Assembly (NCBI GenBank): GCA_964243345.1
Contig: CAXTER010000010.1
Location: 12,441 to 76,440 of the forward strand
From: an uncultured Armatimonadales bacterium
GTDB taxonomy: Bacteria; Armatimonadota; Armatimonadia; Armatimonadales; Capsulimonadaceae
Direction of reading: 5' to 3'
DNA: 64,000 nucleotides
In this document: positions 54,308 through 62,974 of the stretch, one piece after another
How the letters are laid out: each line of letters starts with the position of its first letter
How positions within the stretch are numbered: position 1 is the stretch's first letter
Translations under genes and position numbers: made by a program
The notes under the pieces: generated by a model
The model's database searches: none
Told to the model about the DNA's origin: nothing
The model's input: the letters and a program-made list of their open reading frames with translations, nothing else

Positions 54308-57300
54308 CTACTTCAACGGGTCAAACAGGCCCGCCGTTACCGTGCGTGGCTTGCCGACGGCAGACTGCACCAGCAGTGTATGGGGTGGGCCGGAAGACGC
54401 CGACAGCAGGCTCTTTGCTTCGGACAGGCCAATCTGCGCGGCAGGCTTGCCGTCAATTGCCAGCACTTCGTCAAAGTCTTGCAGGCCGGCCTTCGCGGCG
54501 GGTGCGCCCGGCAGGACTTCGGCGACCGCCAGATGAGCATGGCCCGCTTTGTCTTTAGTTTCCATCAGCGTAATTCCCGTGGTTTGGGTCCCGAACGCGG
54601 ATTCTGTGCCGGGCGCGGGAGCGAAGAAGACGCGGCTATGCGGGTAGTCAAACGTCAGAATAAAGCGCGACAGCAGGCGGGAGCCGAGCGACCCGGCATT
54701 CACTAAAGACGCCCCGCCTTTCGTGTCCAGCGAAAAATCCGCCGGGACATCAGGGAACGTGTAGCCCGCCACGGTGAACAAGCCGACGCGGGTACGCCGC
54801 GAGCGGGACACGCCGCCGACACCGCCGCCGACCGCGATTTCCCCGTGCGGGTACTTCTTGTCCAGGCCGTACTTTGCCACATACGGGCCGTAGAGGCGCA
54901 CTGCTGCGTCGGCATCGCCGGTGTCAACAAGAAACTGGCTGGGCGGCAGCGAGTCTAAACGCGCCTGGATCGTCGGGACGTTGCTGTCGAGGCCCACCGC
55001 AAGCGCGTGGCCGTCGGCAGCGCTTGGATGAAACGCATCCGCCTGAATGAATGTCAGCTTCTTGTGCGGGTAGTCCACACGCACCACAAAATGCGACAGC
55101 AGATCGTAGCCGATAAAGCCGGCAAGGGGCCGCGTGAAGTAAGAGTTAAGCTGCTCCGGCAGGTCAATGGCAATCGCGGCGACATTGGACAGCTTGACCG
55201 CGCCCGGCACTTCCAGCGTTTGGATCAAAACGGGATGCTGATCCGTGGAGCCACCGTAGCCCCGGACTTCCAAAAATCCGCTGCTTTTTAGTCCCAGCGC
55301 GTCCGCCGCCGACTGGGCAACTGCGACCCCGCCCGCGCCGCTGTCTAAGAAGACACGCTCCGGCGTCCCGTTGATCTTGACTGCCAGCCCGATTTCGCCG
55401 TCGTCCAGGTCAAACGGCACCGTGGCCGAGGTCGCGCCCGGCTGGATAAAGCCGAAGTTTTTGCCGCCACTGGGCTTCGCAAAGATGCCAGGCGGCAGCG
55501 GCACGTTGTTTTGGAGCTTCGTGACCTGCCCGACAATGTCGTAGCGCGTCGTGCCGTTCGTGGTGACGGTATGGAACGGGAACGGCGTCCCGTCTACGGT
55601 GCGGTAATCCGAAAACTCGGTTGTCACCAGCACGTCGTCGTCTAGGTGCTGCTCTTTGACAATCATCAGCGTGTGCGGGTCAAAATACAGCGTGCTTTTT
55701 TTTGCGCCTTCCGGGTAAGTGTCTACCACATAGTTTCCCGTGCCGGCCTCAGTCTGCGGGCGCAGGACCTCTTTGCCAAGAATGCGGCCCGGCAGGACAT
55801 ACGAATTGGTGTCGAAAAAAAGCTGAATGCGTAAATCTTTCAGCTCTTCTCCGGCGAGGTCCCGGACATTGCCGTTGGTGTCCCGCTCCCAGGCGATTGT
55901 GCCGTCGTAGCCCTGCAAGTTGTCCAAAATCCCCAGCTTGTCTTCTTCGTACTCCTTGTCCGGCGCGGCGTAGATCGTAAAGGTCGTGCCGGTGATGCCG
56001 CCGGTCTTGACCTGGGTTGTGGTCTCGGTATCGTGAATGGCTTCCAGCGCCGCCGCGCCGCCAAGCGCGGCCAGATGCTTCCGCAGCAGACCATCCAATG
56101 TCAGCGGTGCGGGCGTGTCCGCCGCCAGCGTCCACGGCAATTGCCGCGAACTCGAAAAGCGTCCCCCTAACCCCCAATAATGGGAGAACCGGACAGGCAA
56201 TCTCTGTTCTTGCTCCCCCATTATTGGGGGCTGGGGGGCGTTTTGGGATGCGGGTTTGACTGTGGGTGCGGCGGGAACCAGCGGGGGCGGCGTCGGAGCC
56301 GGACGCAGAAACATTTTGCCGTGGGTGTAATCAAATGTCACCATGAAGCGGTTCCAGAACAGGTTGCCGATGCCGCCGGCCTGCGACGAAATTTGGGCGA
56401 TGCCCGGCCCGGCCATGGTGGACAAAGGCAGGCCGGACAGCGTCGTCGCGCCGCTGAACGGGGAAGTGATGCTGAGGGAATGGCCCGGTGATAAAATCTC
56501 AGTGATCGCTCCTCCGACCCCGACACCCTGCCGCGTCGTAACGCCTGGATCACTGAGCTTCGGCACCAGATGGTTCGCTTCGGCGTACTGCGTGTAAATG
56601 TGCGCCGCTCCGGAGTCGCCGGTGTCTACCAGAAACCGGCCCGGCGCTTTGTGATCTACCGAGGCTAAAATTGTCGGCATTCGGTTTTCCAGCTTGATCG
56701 GCACGACAAGCGCCCCAGCGGCGGACGCGGCGGGGGCTGCCGGGTCCGTCAGTGTCAGCGTTTTGCCTGCGTAGTCAATCCCGACTACAAGCCGCGCAAA
56801 TAATTCATAGCCGATTGCGCCGTCCACATGGCCGCGGTCCGCCAGCAGCTTGGTCAGCGCCGCGTCTTTAATCACATGCAGCGTCAGATGCTTCAGCTCC
56901 ACCGCATCGCCGACATCTAAAGTGGTGTCGGGGACAAGCCCGGTCGCCGCCGAGCCGCCGTAGCCGAACGCCGGCAGGTCGCCCTGCGTCGTCAGCCCTG
57001 CCGCCTGCGCCGCGCCGCTGGTCACAAACGCCGTGCCGCTGCCGCTGTCGAGCAGCAGGCGCAGGGGATGGCCGTTGACCGTCGCAGCAAACACGATCTC
57101 ATTGTTGAAGTTTTCAAATGGCAGCGTCGCCGCCGTATGCGGCCCCGGCGCGAGGAACCGCCAGTCCTTGTCGGCGGTGGGCGGGGCAAAAAACGCCGCC
57201 GTGACCGCCGGCATTCGGGACACGGACTTCAGCGTCGCATCAATGACCAGCGGCAGGCCAGCATACTGGATAGACAGATGGCTCGGCACCTCGGTTCCGT

Positions 57301-57916
57301 CTTTGAGGGCATATCCCAGCACTGAGATTGTCCCGGTCAGCCCGCCTTTATGCTGCACGGTCTTTTGGACTAAATAGGTCTTGGCGTCAATGTAAATTGT
57401 CTGTGCCGACCCGTTTTTGGGCCTCACATCCACCACGTAGCAGTGGGTTTGGGGGTCAATGCCGGGCCGCAGCGTCACTGTTGCCGTCTGCGCCTTTTTG
57501 GACACGTCAAAGTTTTCCAGCGAAAAGCCGGCATCGGCGCTTTGCTCGGCCAGCTCTTCGCCGGCTAGTATCCGCACGTTCCCGGTGCCGTCCTCTTCCC
57601 AGGTTGTCTTGCCGTCCGTGCCGGTGGTCGTGTTGAGCGGTCCCATCCGCATTTCCATTCGGCTGCGGTGCGGCGGCGCTTCATATGTCGTCATCGTTCC
57701 CGCCAGCCCGCCCGCGCTGATGTCGTAGACAATCGCGTGAGGCGTCTTATCTTTAAGCGCCGCCGGCGTCCCCGACGCCGCCCGGTGTCGGGCCAAAAGC
57801 TGCGAAAGTGTCAGCGCCGAAGCTGCCGCCGCAGGCTGCTGGGGAGCGAGAAAAAGGCAAAGAGAACAACAAAGAAACGCGCACGCGAAGGGGCGCAGCA
57901 GTAGATTTAATTTCAC
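54308..57916 (-). CDS. Large secreted protein: two tandem modules (LolA-like beta domain + two retropepsin-like aspartyl protease domains) and a C-terminal PDZ domain
   Basis: Signal peptide. D(S/T)G motifs: LLLDSGSG, LVDTGDSG, FLDSGAGG, LVDTGDAD. PDZ-like LAVAEVLPGAPAAKAGLQDFDEVLAIDGKP. The modules are visibly homologous. Confidence 0.75.
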   Translation of the reverse strand: MKLNLLLRPFACAFLCCSLCLFLAPQQPAAAASALTLSQLLARHRAASGTPAALKDKTPHAIVYDISAGGLAGTMTTYEAPPHRSRMEMRMGPLNTTTGTDGKTTWEEDGTGNVRILAGEELAEQSADAGFSLENFDVSKKAQTATVTLRPGIDPQTHCYVVDVRPKNGSAQTIYIDAKTYLVQKTVQHKGGLTGTISVLGYALKDGTEVPSHLSIQYAGLPLVIDATLKSVSRMPAVTAAFFAPPTADKDWRFLAPGPHTAATLPFENFNNEIVFAATVNGHPLRLLLDSGSGTAFVTSGAAQAAGLTTQGDLPAFGYGGSAATGLVPDTTLDVGDAVELKHLTLHVIKDAALTKLLADRGHVDGAIGYELFARLVVGIDYAGKTLTLTDPAAPAASAAGALVVPIKLENRMPTILASVDHKAPGRFLVDTGDSGAAHIYTQYAEANHLVPKLSDPGVTTRQGVGVGGAITEILSPGHSLSITSPFSGATTLSGLPLSTMAGPGIAQISSQAGGIGNLFWNRFMVTFDYTHGKMFLRPAPTPPPLVPAAPTVKPASQNAPQPPIMGEQEQRLPVRFSHYWGLGGRFSSSRQLPWTLAADTPAPLTLDGLLRKHLAALGGAAALEAIHDTETTTQVKTGGITGTTFTIYAAPDKEYEEDKLGILDNLQGYDGTIAWERDTNGNVRDLAGEELKDLRIQLFFDTNSYVLPGRILGKEVLRPQTEAGTGNYVVDTYPEGAKKSTLYFDPHTLMIVKEQHLDDDVLVTTEFSDYRTVDGTPFPFHTVTTNGTTRYDIVGQVTKLQNNVPLPPGIFAKPSGGKNFGFIQPGATSATVPFDLDDGEIGLAVKINGTPERVFLDSGAGGVAVAQSAADALGLKSSGFLEVRGYGGSTDQHPVLIQTLEVPGAVKLSNVAAIAIDLPEQLNSYFTRPLAGFIGYDLLSHFVVRVDYPHKKLTFIQADAFHPSAADGHALAVGLDSNVPTIQARLDSLPPSQFLVDTGDADAAVRLYGPYVAKYGLDKKYPHGEIAVGGGVGGVSRSRRTRVGLFTVAGYTFPDVPADFSLDTKGGASLVNAGSLGSRLLSRFILTFDYPHSRVFFAPAPGTESAFGTQTTGITLMETKDKAGHAHLAVAEVLPGAPAAKAGLQDFDEVLAIDGKPAAQIGLSEAKSLLSASSGPPHTLLVQSAVGKPRTVTAGLFDPLK
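56160..56240. repeat. Palindromic element E10 (same family as E9) embedded in frame in a CDS
   Basis: Arms CGTCCCCCTAACCCCCAATAATGGGAGAAC and GCTCCCCCATTATTGGGGGCTGGGGGGCG. 81 bp equals 27 codons, translated as APQPPIMGEQEQRLPVRFSHYWGLGGR. Confidence 0.85.
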
Positions 57917-57920
57917 CCGC

Positions 57921-60632
57921 TTATTTTACCGTTTTCTGCCTTGTTTTGCTGTCCGCCGAACTATTCTCCGCCGAAACCGCCTGCACCAGAGAGTCCAGCG
58001 GCGCGGCCCCCTGCGTCACTTCGTCCTGGCTGAAGTCCAGCACAAAGCCGTCCGACGGCATAGCCTTCAAGTCGTCCCTGAGCTTGCGGGCCAGCGCCGG
58101 CGTCTCGCCGTCGTTTGCGATGGTTTCGCAGCGCAGCACAATCCGGCCCTGACTGCGAGCCAGTCGCATAATCACATCTGCTGATGGGTAGGGCGCACCG
58201 GGTGATAATTCTCGCAAAGGCGGGGGCATGAGCTTGGGGTCATCCCAGCTTGCCATCCAGCCCAAGTAATCGTACTGCCATTTTTCCATGAGGATCGGCA
58301 GGGGCAGGCCAGCCCCAGACCGGGCGGCGGCGTACAAGTGGCTCAGCAGCGCAGCATCCACTTGGGTTCCCGCCTTTGTCCAGCGGTCTGCTAGTTTGAC
58401 ATCTGCGTCTTTGTCATCAAACAGCGGCAGGCTGTCATCCGCCCGCAAATAGGTCTGCGTGGTAACGTCCACCGGGTCGGCATGATCTGAGCGCAGGAAC
58501 GAGAGGCGTCTGTCTAAGGTGTAGCCAAGCGGGTCGCCTGTATCGGCATCTCCCCAAACAAAGCCGGAGAGGCCAGGCCGCGCAACCAAATCCTGTACCA
58601 GCGCCGTCAAAGCGGCTTGAACCTGGGGCGCTGACGGGCTGACTGCGACCGGCGGCGCGGTGAAAGGAATCAGCTTGCCGTCCGAGTCCAAAGTTTCTAA
58701 AGAGCTTGCTTTCTCATGGGCCACGGCGGCCTCGCGGCTATTCTGCCCGTCAATCGTGAGGTCTCGGACAGCATCCGGTGGCGCATCGCCCCACGTCAGC
58801 AGGCTCATGTCGGCGTAAACGGCAATGCCGGTGCCTTGTGTCCGGGCTAATGCTTCGGTTAAGATGTCCGTGCCGCTGGCCGCACTCGTTTTGACATGAT
58901 TGACGCCATGAGAAAACACGTCCAGCACCAGCGTGTTCAAGCCGAGTTTCTGCATAGCGGCGACCAGCGCGTCCACATCTTTTGCCGTCCGGGCGTGGGC
59001 CTCTACGGCGCGGCGCTGCCCCAAGTGCAGGGCGGCGGATAGGGAAGGCGCGGGCGGCAGCTTTGCCTGGGCTTTTGCCTGCTCTTCGGCGTATCCTTTG
59101 CGCGACTCCTCGGTGTCACCCGGATAATACAGCATCCACATGTCCATCTGCAAGTTCGTATCCACCGGCATTCCCGCCGACGGCACCAGCATTTGCAGCT
59201 TATAATCGACGCCTAAATCCACGTTCTTGGTGAGGTCCGCTTCTGCCAGATCGTCGCCTTTGAGATAAAACGGCAGGCTGTCGCCGTGGAGCTGCTCGTC
59301 AAACTCAGCGGCGGTCTGACGCGCCAATTCCTGCTGCGGCGGTGTCAGCTTGGCAAAGGGGTAAGCGCCATCCTCACGGGGAACTCCCGGCAGACCCGGC
59401 ATGTCCGGCACGGCGGCCATCTCTTCCGGCGTCACCGCCAAAGGGTCGCTGAACGACGGGATCGTGCGGGCGGAAGACGCACGCCGCTTCAGCATAATAG
59501 CTCCAGTCTGATTACTCAGTTTCATGCTGGCGTCAAAGGCCGCGTCCTGCCATTCCTGCAAATGTTTCCGCCGCGTGCCGACGCCGATTAAGTCATCGGT
59601 CAGCACATACGCCGGGCCGACCTTGCGAAACGTGCCGGTGATGCAGACGCAAAGCGCCTGCAATAAATCTGCCGCTGGCTCTGTTGCTGCCGTGCCTTGC
59701 ACAACAAGTGTCCGGGCGGCATAATGTGGGTCGGCGTACAGCTCTAAGCCTGTTTTCAAGCCGATGCGCGTCACCAAATCGCCTACGGTCTTCAGTCCAG
59801 CCACCGGCACGGCCGCTTGCAGGACAAAACTATCGTGGTCCAAGTCCGACGGCTTGAGCGTGTTGGGAACTTCCGCTTTAAGCGTGATGCCATGCTCGGC
59901 AGACGGGGGCTGGATTTTTGGACGGTAGGTGTGCAGGCGGCTGGCCCCGTCGAGGCGTTCGCGGCCAAAGTAGAGCGTTTTGCCCTTCTTATCGTGCAGG
60001 TAGATATTGGCCGTCTGCCCCAGACGAACGCGCGTCGCGTCAATTTCGTCCGTTACATCCCGCACGTCCGTCCGCTGCGCGTCCGGTAAATCTTGCAGCG
60101 CCGGATCATCCGAGGCAATCCAAAGATGCCCATGATTGAACAGTGCGTGGAACAAGCCGCGCTGCGTGTCATCCGTGAGGTCTCCCAGACCAAGCCCCTG
60201 CTCCGACGTGAGCGCTTTCCACTGCGTATCGTCAAGGCTTGCCGCCAGCATCTTGAAAGCCGTTGAATAGTTCATATCGGCGGCAAGGTTCGGCGGGTCG
60301 GGCTGTGTGTTCAGCACCGCCATTGTTTGCGGCGCAACGGCGGTGACGCTGCCAAACGTGACAGTCTGGTCGCCGAATGCCCCGGCAACGTCTTCTAAAG
60401 ACGCGTCGGCAGGCGGCGGCTCGGTACCGTCGGGCAGCGTCACCTGCTCCGATGAGACCGTGAGCAGCAATCCTCCATCGGCATGCAGCGGCAGGGAGGT
60501 AAGAGCTTGGGCCAGCGTCAGTTTTTTGGGCGCCGGCGGGGCAGGCTTGGCGGCAGGGTCTGCCCCCGCAGAAACTAGAAGCGTCGGCAAGGCAAGCAGA
60601 GCAGATAAAAGCAAAACGGAACGCAGACGCAT
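57921..60632 (-). CDS. Large secreted hypothetical protein (possible glycosyl-hydrolase-like TIM-barrel region in the C-terminal half)
   Basis: ATG at 60632 with GGAG upstream gives signal peptide MRLRSVLLLSALLALPTLLVSAGA. The stop is 4 nt from the next gene's start. The LGLNTLVLDVFSHG... region is only weakly suggestive. Confidence 0.6.
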   Translation of the reverse strand: MRLRSVLLLSALLALPTLLVSAGADPAAKPAPPAPKKLTLAQALTSLPLHADGGLLLTVSSEQVTLPDGTEPPPADASLEDVAGAFGDQTVTFGSVTAVAPQTMAVLNTQPDPPNLAADMNYSTAFKMLAASLDDTQWKALTSEQGLGLGDLTDDTQRGLFHALFNHGHLWIASDDPALQDLPDAQRTDVRDVTDEIDATRVRLGQTANIYLHDKKGKTLYFGRERLDGASRLHTYRPKIQPPSAEHGITLKAEVPNTLKPSDLDHDSFVLQAAVPVAGLKTVGDLVTRIGLKTGLELYADPHYAARTLVVQGTAATEPAADLLQALCVCITGTFRKVGPAYVLTDDLIGVGTRRKHLQEWQDAAFDASMKLSNQTGAIMLKRRASSARTIPSFSDPLAVTPEEMAAVPDMPGLPGVPREDGAYPFAKLTPPQQELARQTAAEFDEQLHGDSLPFYLKGDDLAEADLTKNVDLGVDYKLQMLVPSAGMPVDTNLQMDMWMLYYPGDTEESRKGYAEEQAKAQAKLPPAPSLSAALHLGQRRAVEAHARTAKDVDALVAAMQKLGLNTLVLDVFSHGVNHVKTSAASGTDILTEALARTQGTGIAVYADMSLLTWGDAPPDAVRDLTIDGQNSREAAVAHEKASSLETLDSDGKLIPFTAPPVAVSPSAPQVQAALTALVQDLVARPGLSGFVWGDADTGDPLGYTLDRRLSFLRSDHADPVDVTTQTYLRADDSLPLFDDKDADVKLADRWTKAGTQVDAALLSHLYAAARSGAGLPLPILMEKWQYDYLGWMASWDDPKLMPPPLRELSPGAPYPSADVIMRLARSQGRIVLRCETIANDGETPALARKLRDDLKAMPSDGFVLDFSQDEVTQGAAPLDSLVQAVSAENSSADSKTRQKTVK

Positions 60633-60707
60633 AAGACACACTCCAGCTAAATGGTGTAGGAAGATGTGTTCTTAAACGGAAGGTGAGATGGAAAGGGTTC
60701 GGGAAAA

Positions 60708-60838
60708 AGACCTCACCCGAAAACAAGTTTCCACCCTCTCCTTGTTAAGGAGAGGGTCGCCGCTTGCGGCGGGGTGAGGTCTCTTGCGGTGGGGTGAGGT
60801 CTCTTGCGGTGGGGTGAGGTCCCTCGCGGTGAGGTCTC
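60708..60838. repeat. 20-bp tandem repeat array (3.8 copies) plus one inverted copy and a hairpin
   Basis: CTTGCGG(C/T)GGGGTGAGGTCT at 60763, 60783 and 60803, with a partial copy at 60823. The inverted copy AGACCTCACCCGAAAACAAG is at 60708-27. The hairpin CCCTCTCCTTGTTAAGGAGAGGG is at 60733-56. Confidence 0.9.
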
Positions 60839-60851
60839 TTCTATATGCTCC

Positions 60852-61637
60852 TCAAAACTGGCTCAGAAACTCAAAACTGGAGCGCAGGCAGTCGAATGGG
60901 TCACGTCTGCACTCGTCCTGCTCGACGGCGTACCACTCGACGCCCGCCGCCGCGCAGGCGGGCAGTAGGTGGGGCCAGTCTAAGTTGCCTTCGCCGACCG
61001 GGGCCATGACCGCTTCTTGTCCGGCCATTTCCTTGTCTTTGACATGGATGACCGGGACGCGGCCCCGGCAGCGTTCCATGAGACGCTCTGGGTTCAGGCC
61101 CGCATGGGCAGCCCAGTAAACGTCAATCTCCAAGCAGAAGTCCGGTCCGCCCGCGTCAACAAACGTGTCATAAAGCGCCGCGCCGAGTTCGGGCCGGGCG
61201 AACTCAAACGCATGGTTGTGGTAGCCGAACCGAATTCCCGCCGCTTTCAGCGCCTCAATCGCCGGTGCGGCATCGCGTACAAACGCTGCGTAGCCGCCTG
61301 CGCCTTGCACCTGATACTCGCCGGGCAGGCCGCCAATGGCGCAGAAATCGCAGCCGAGCGTTTGATGAAACGCGATTTCGCGCTCGGTTTCGCGGCTTAA
61401 CGCTTCCCAGGAACGGTGCGTCGCAATGCAGGCCAGCCCCAAATCATCCAGCATTCGCCGCGCCTCTGATGCCGAGACTTCCGGCGTATCGCCCGCCATT
61501 GCGCCGACCGCGGAAATCTGGACGGCAGGGTAGCCGATGGCTTGTATCTTTTCGAGTGTCCGCCGAAAATCTGCGGCTGTTTTCGTGAAATCGCGCACGG
61601 TGTAAAGCTGCGCGGCAAGCTGCGATGTAAGGTTCAT
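60852..61637 (-). CDS. Sugar phosphate isomerase/epimerase (xylose-isomerase-like TIM barrel)
   Basis: 261 aa. The pattern FGYHNHAFEF...LEIDVYWAAHAG...HVKD is typical of the AP_endonuc_2/TIM family. Confidence 0.85.
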   Translation of the reverse strand: MNLTSQLAAQLYTVRDFTKTAADFRRTLEKIQAIGYPAVQISAVGAMAGDTPEVSASEARRMLDDLGLACIATHRSWEALSRETEREIAFHQTLGCDFCAIGGLPGEYQVQGAGGYAAFVRDAAPAIEALKAAGIRFGYHNHAFEFARPELGAALYDTFVDAGGPDFCLEIDVYWAAHAGLNPERLMERCRGRVPVIHVKDKEMAGQEAVMAPVGEGNLDWPHLLPACAAAGVEWYAVEQDECRRDPFDCLRSSFEFLSQF

Positions 61638-61665
61638 AGTAGGCTCCCTAGTAAGTGCTGTTAAT

Positions 61666-61784
61666 CCCGGCCTTGAAAGGCCAGGCTAATCAAAAGCCCT
61701 CCGGGCTTGAAGATTCGTTGCTGCCGTTAGCATTTAGCCCCGGAGGGGCTTTGCACACTTCTATCCTGGCCTTTCAAGGCCGGG
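61666..61784. repeat. Nested palindromic element E7
   Basis: Arms CCCGGCCTTGAAAGGCCAGG and CCTGGCCTTTCAAGGCCGGG. Inner hairpins AGCCCTCCGGGCT and AGCCCCGGAGGGGCT. Lies in a divergent intergenic region. Confidence 0.85.
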
Positions 61785-61845
61785 TTCCCTGCACCGCGCG
61801 GAACTTTGCTTGCGCCATTTGCATTTTTGAAATGAGGCACATCAA

Positions 61846-62841
61846 ATGGCACTAACACTTTCGGTCCTTGACTTATCACCTGTCAGCACCGGTATGACGG
61901 CGGCGCAGGCGCTCCAAAACACGCTGGATTTGGCCCGGCACGCCGACACGCTCGGCTACCACCGCTACTGGCTGGCGGAGCATCACAACATGCCGGGCAT
62001 TGCCGGCTCGACCCCTGCGCTTCTCATCGGACAGGTCGCCCGCGAAACGATGCATCTGCGGGTCGGCTCCGGCGGCGTCATGCTGCCGAACCACGCGCCG
62101 CTGCAAGTGGCCGAGTCGTTTCAAACGCTGGAAGCGCTCTTTCCCGGACGCATTGATTTAGGCATCGGACGTGCGCCGGGCAGCGACCCGCGCACGTCCC
62201 TTGCCCTGCGCCGGGCGGGTCAATCTGAGGAATTGCCGGCTCAGCTTGCCGAGCTGTTTGCGTTCGCCGGTGGGCAGTTCCCATCAGGGCATCCGTACCA
62301 ATCCGTTTCCGCCGTGCCGATGGGCGTCGGCCTGCCCCCGGTTTGGCTGCTTGGTTCCAGCGATTACAGCGCCCAAGTCGCGGCGGCACTGGGGCTTGGC
62401 TTTGTGTTCGCCCACCATATCAACCCGCACGGTGCGGAAGAAGCCATGTATCTCTACCGAACAAATTTTGTTCCGTCAGAGTATCATTCCAAGCCGGCGG
62501 CGATTATCACGGCGGCGGTCATCTGCGCCGATACGGATGCCGAAGCGGACACGCTCGCAACATCGTTTGATTTAGCCTGGCTGCGGCTATACTCTGGGCG
62601 TCCCTCAAAGTTCCCAAGCGTGGAAGAGGCCCAAAGCTACTCTTATTCCCCGGCGGAACGCGCTCAGGTGCAGTCTACCCGCGCCCGCCTCATCACCGGC
62701 AGCCCGCAGACTGTCCGCGCCAAGCTTTGCGCCCTGTCAAGCCTTGCAGATACCGACGAAGTTATGGCGGTAACGATGGTGCATGACCACGCCGCCCGCC
62801 TGCGCTCCTACGAACTTCTGGCGGAAGCGTTTCAGGGCTGA
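61846..62841 (+). CDS. LLM-class (luciferase-like) flavin-dependent oxidoreductase
   Basis: LSVLDLSPV...[14 protein letters not shown]-terminus, typical of the YhbW-like LLM family. Confidence 0.9.
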   Translation: MALTLSVLDLSPVSTGMTAAQALQNTLDLARHADTLGYHRYWLAEHHNMPGIAGSTPALLIGQVARETMHLRVGSGGVMLPNHAPLQVAESFQTLEALFPGRIDLGIGRAPGSDPRTSLALRRAGQSEELPAQLAELFAFAGGQFPSGHPYQSVSAVPMGVGLPPVWLLGSSDYSAQVAAALGLGFVFAHHINPHGAEEAMYLYRTNFVPSEYHSKPAAIITAAVICADTDAEADTLATSFDLAWLRLYSGRPSKFPSVEEAQSYSYSPAERAQVQSTRARLITGSPQTVRAKLCALSSLADTDEVMAVTMVHDHAARLRSYELLAEAFQG

Positions 62842-62969
62842 GGAACCCACCCGGCACAAGTGCCTGCCCTCCCGAAACGGGAAGGCCGGGAGTTCAAGAA
62901 ACAGGCTGCGGCCTAGACCTCTTCGCCTTCCCGTTTCGGGAGGGCAGGCACTTGTGCCGGGTGGGTTCC
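62842..62969. repeat. Palindromic element E8: perfect 45-bp inverted repeat
   Basis: GGAACCCACCCGGCACAAGTGCCTGCCCTCCCGAAACGGGAAGGC (62842-86) and its exact reverse complement (62925-69) with a 38-nt loop. It fills the gap between convergent stop codons. Confidence 0.95.
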
Positions 62970-62974
62970 AAACT

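Noticed and set aside
60763-60838. Possible CRISPR array.
   Set aside because: The 20-bp units are directly adjacent with no spacers, and no cas genes are present in the window. This is a plain tandem repeat.
2482-62969. Intergenic palindromes as integron attC sites or a cassette array.
   Set aside because: They flank housekeeping genes on both strands. I could not see the R''/R' GTTRRRY core sites, and there is no intI gene.
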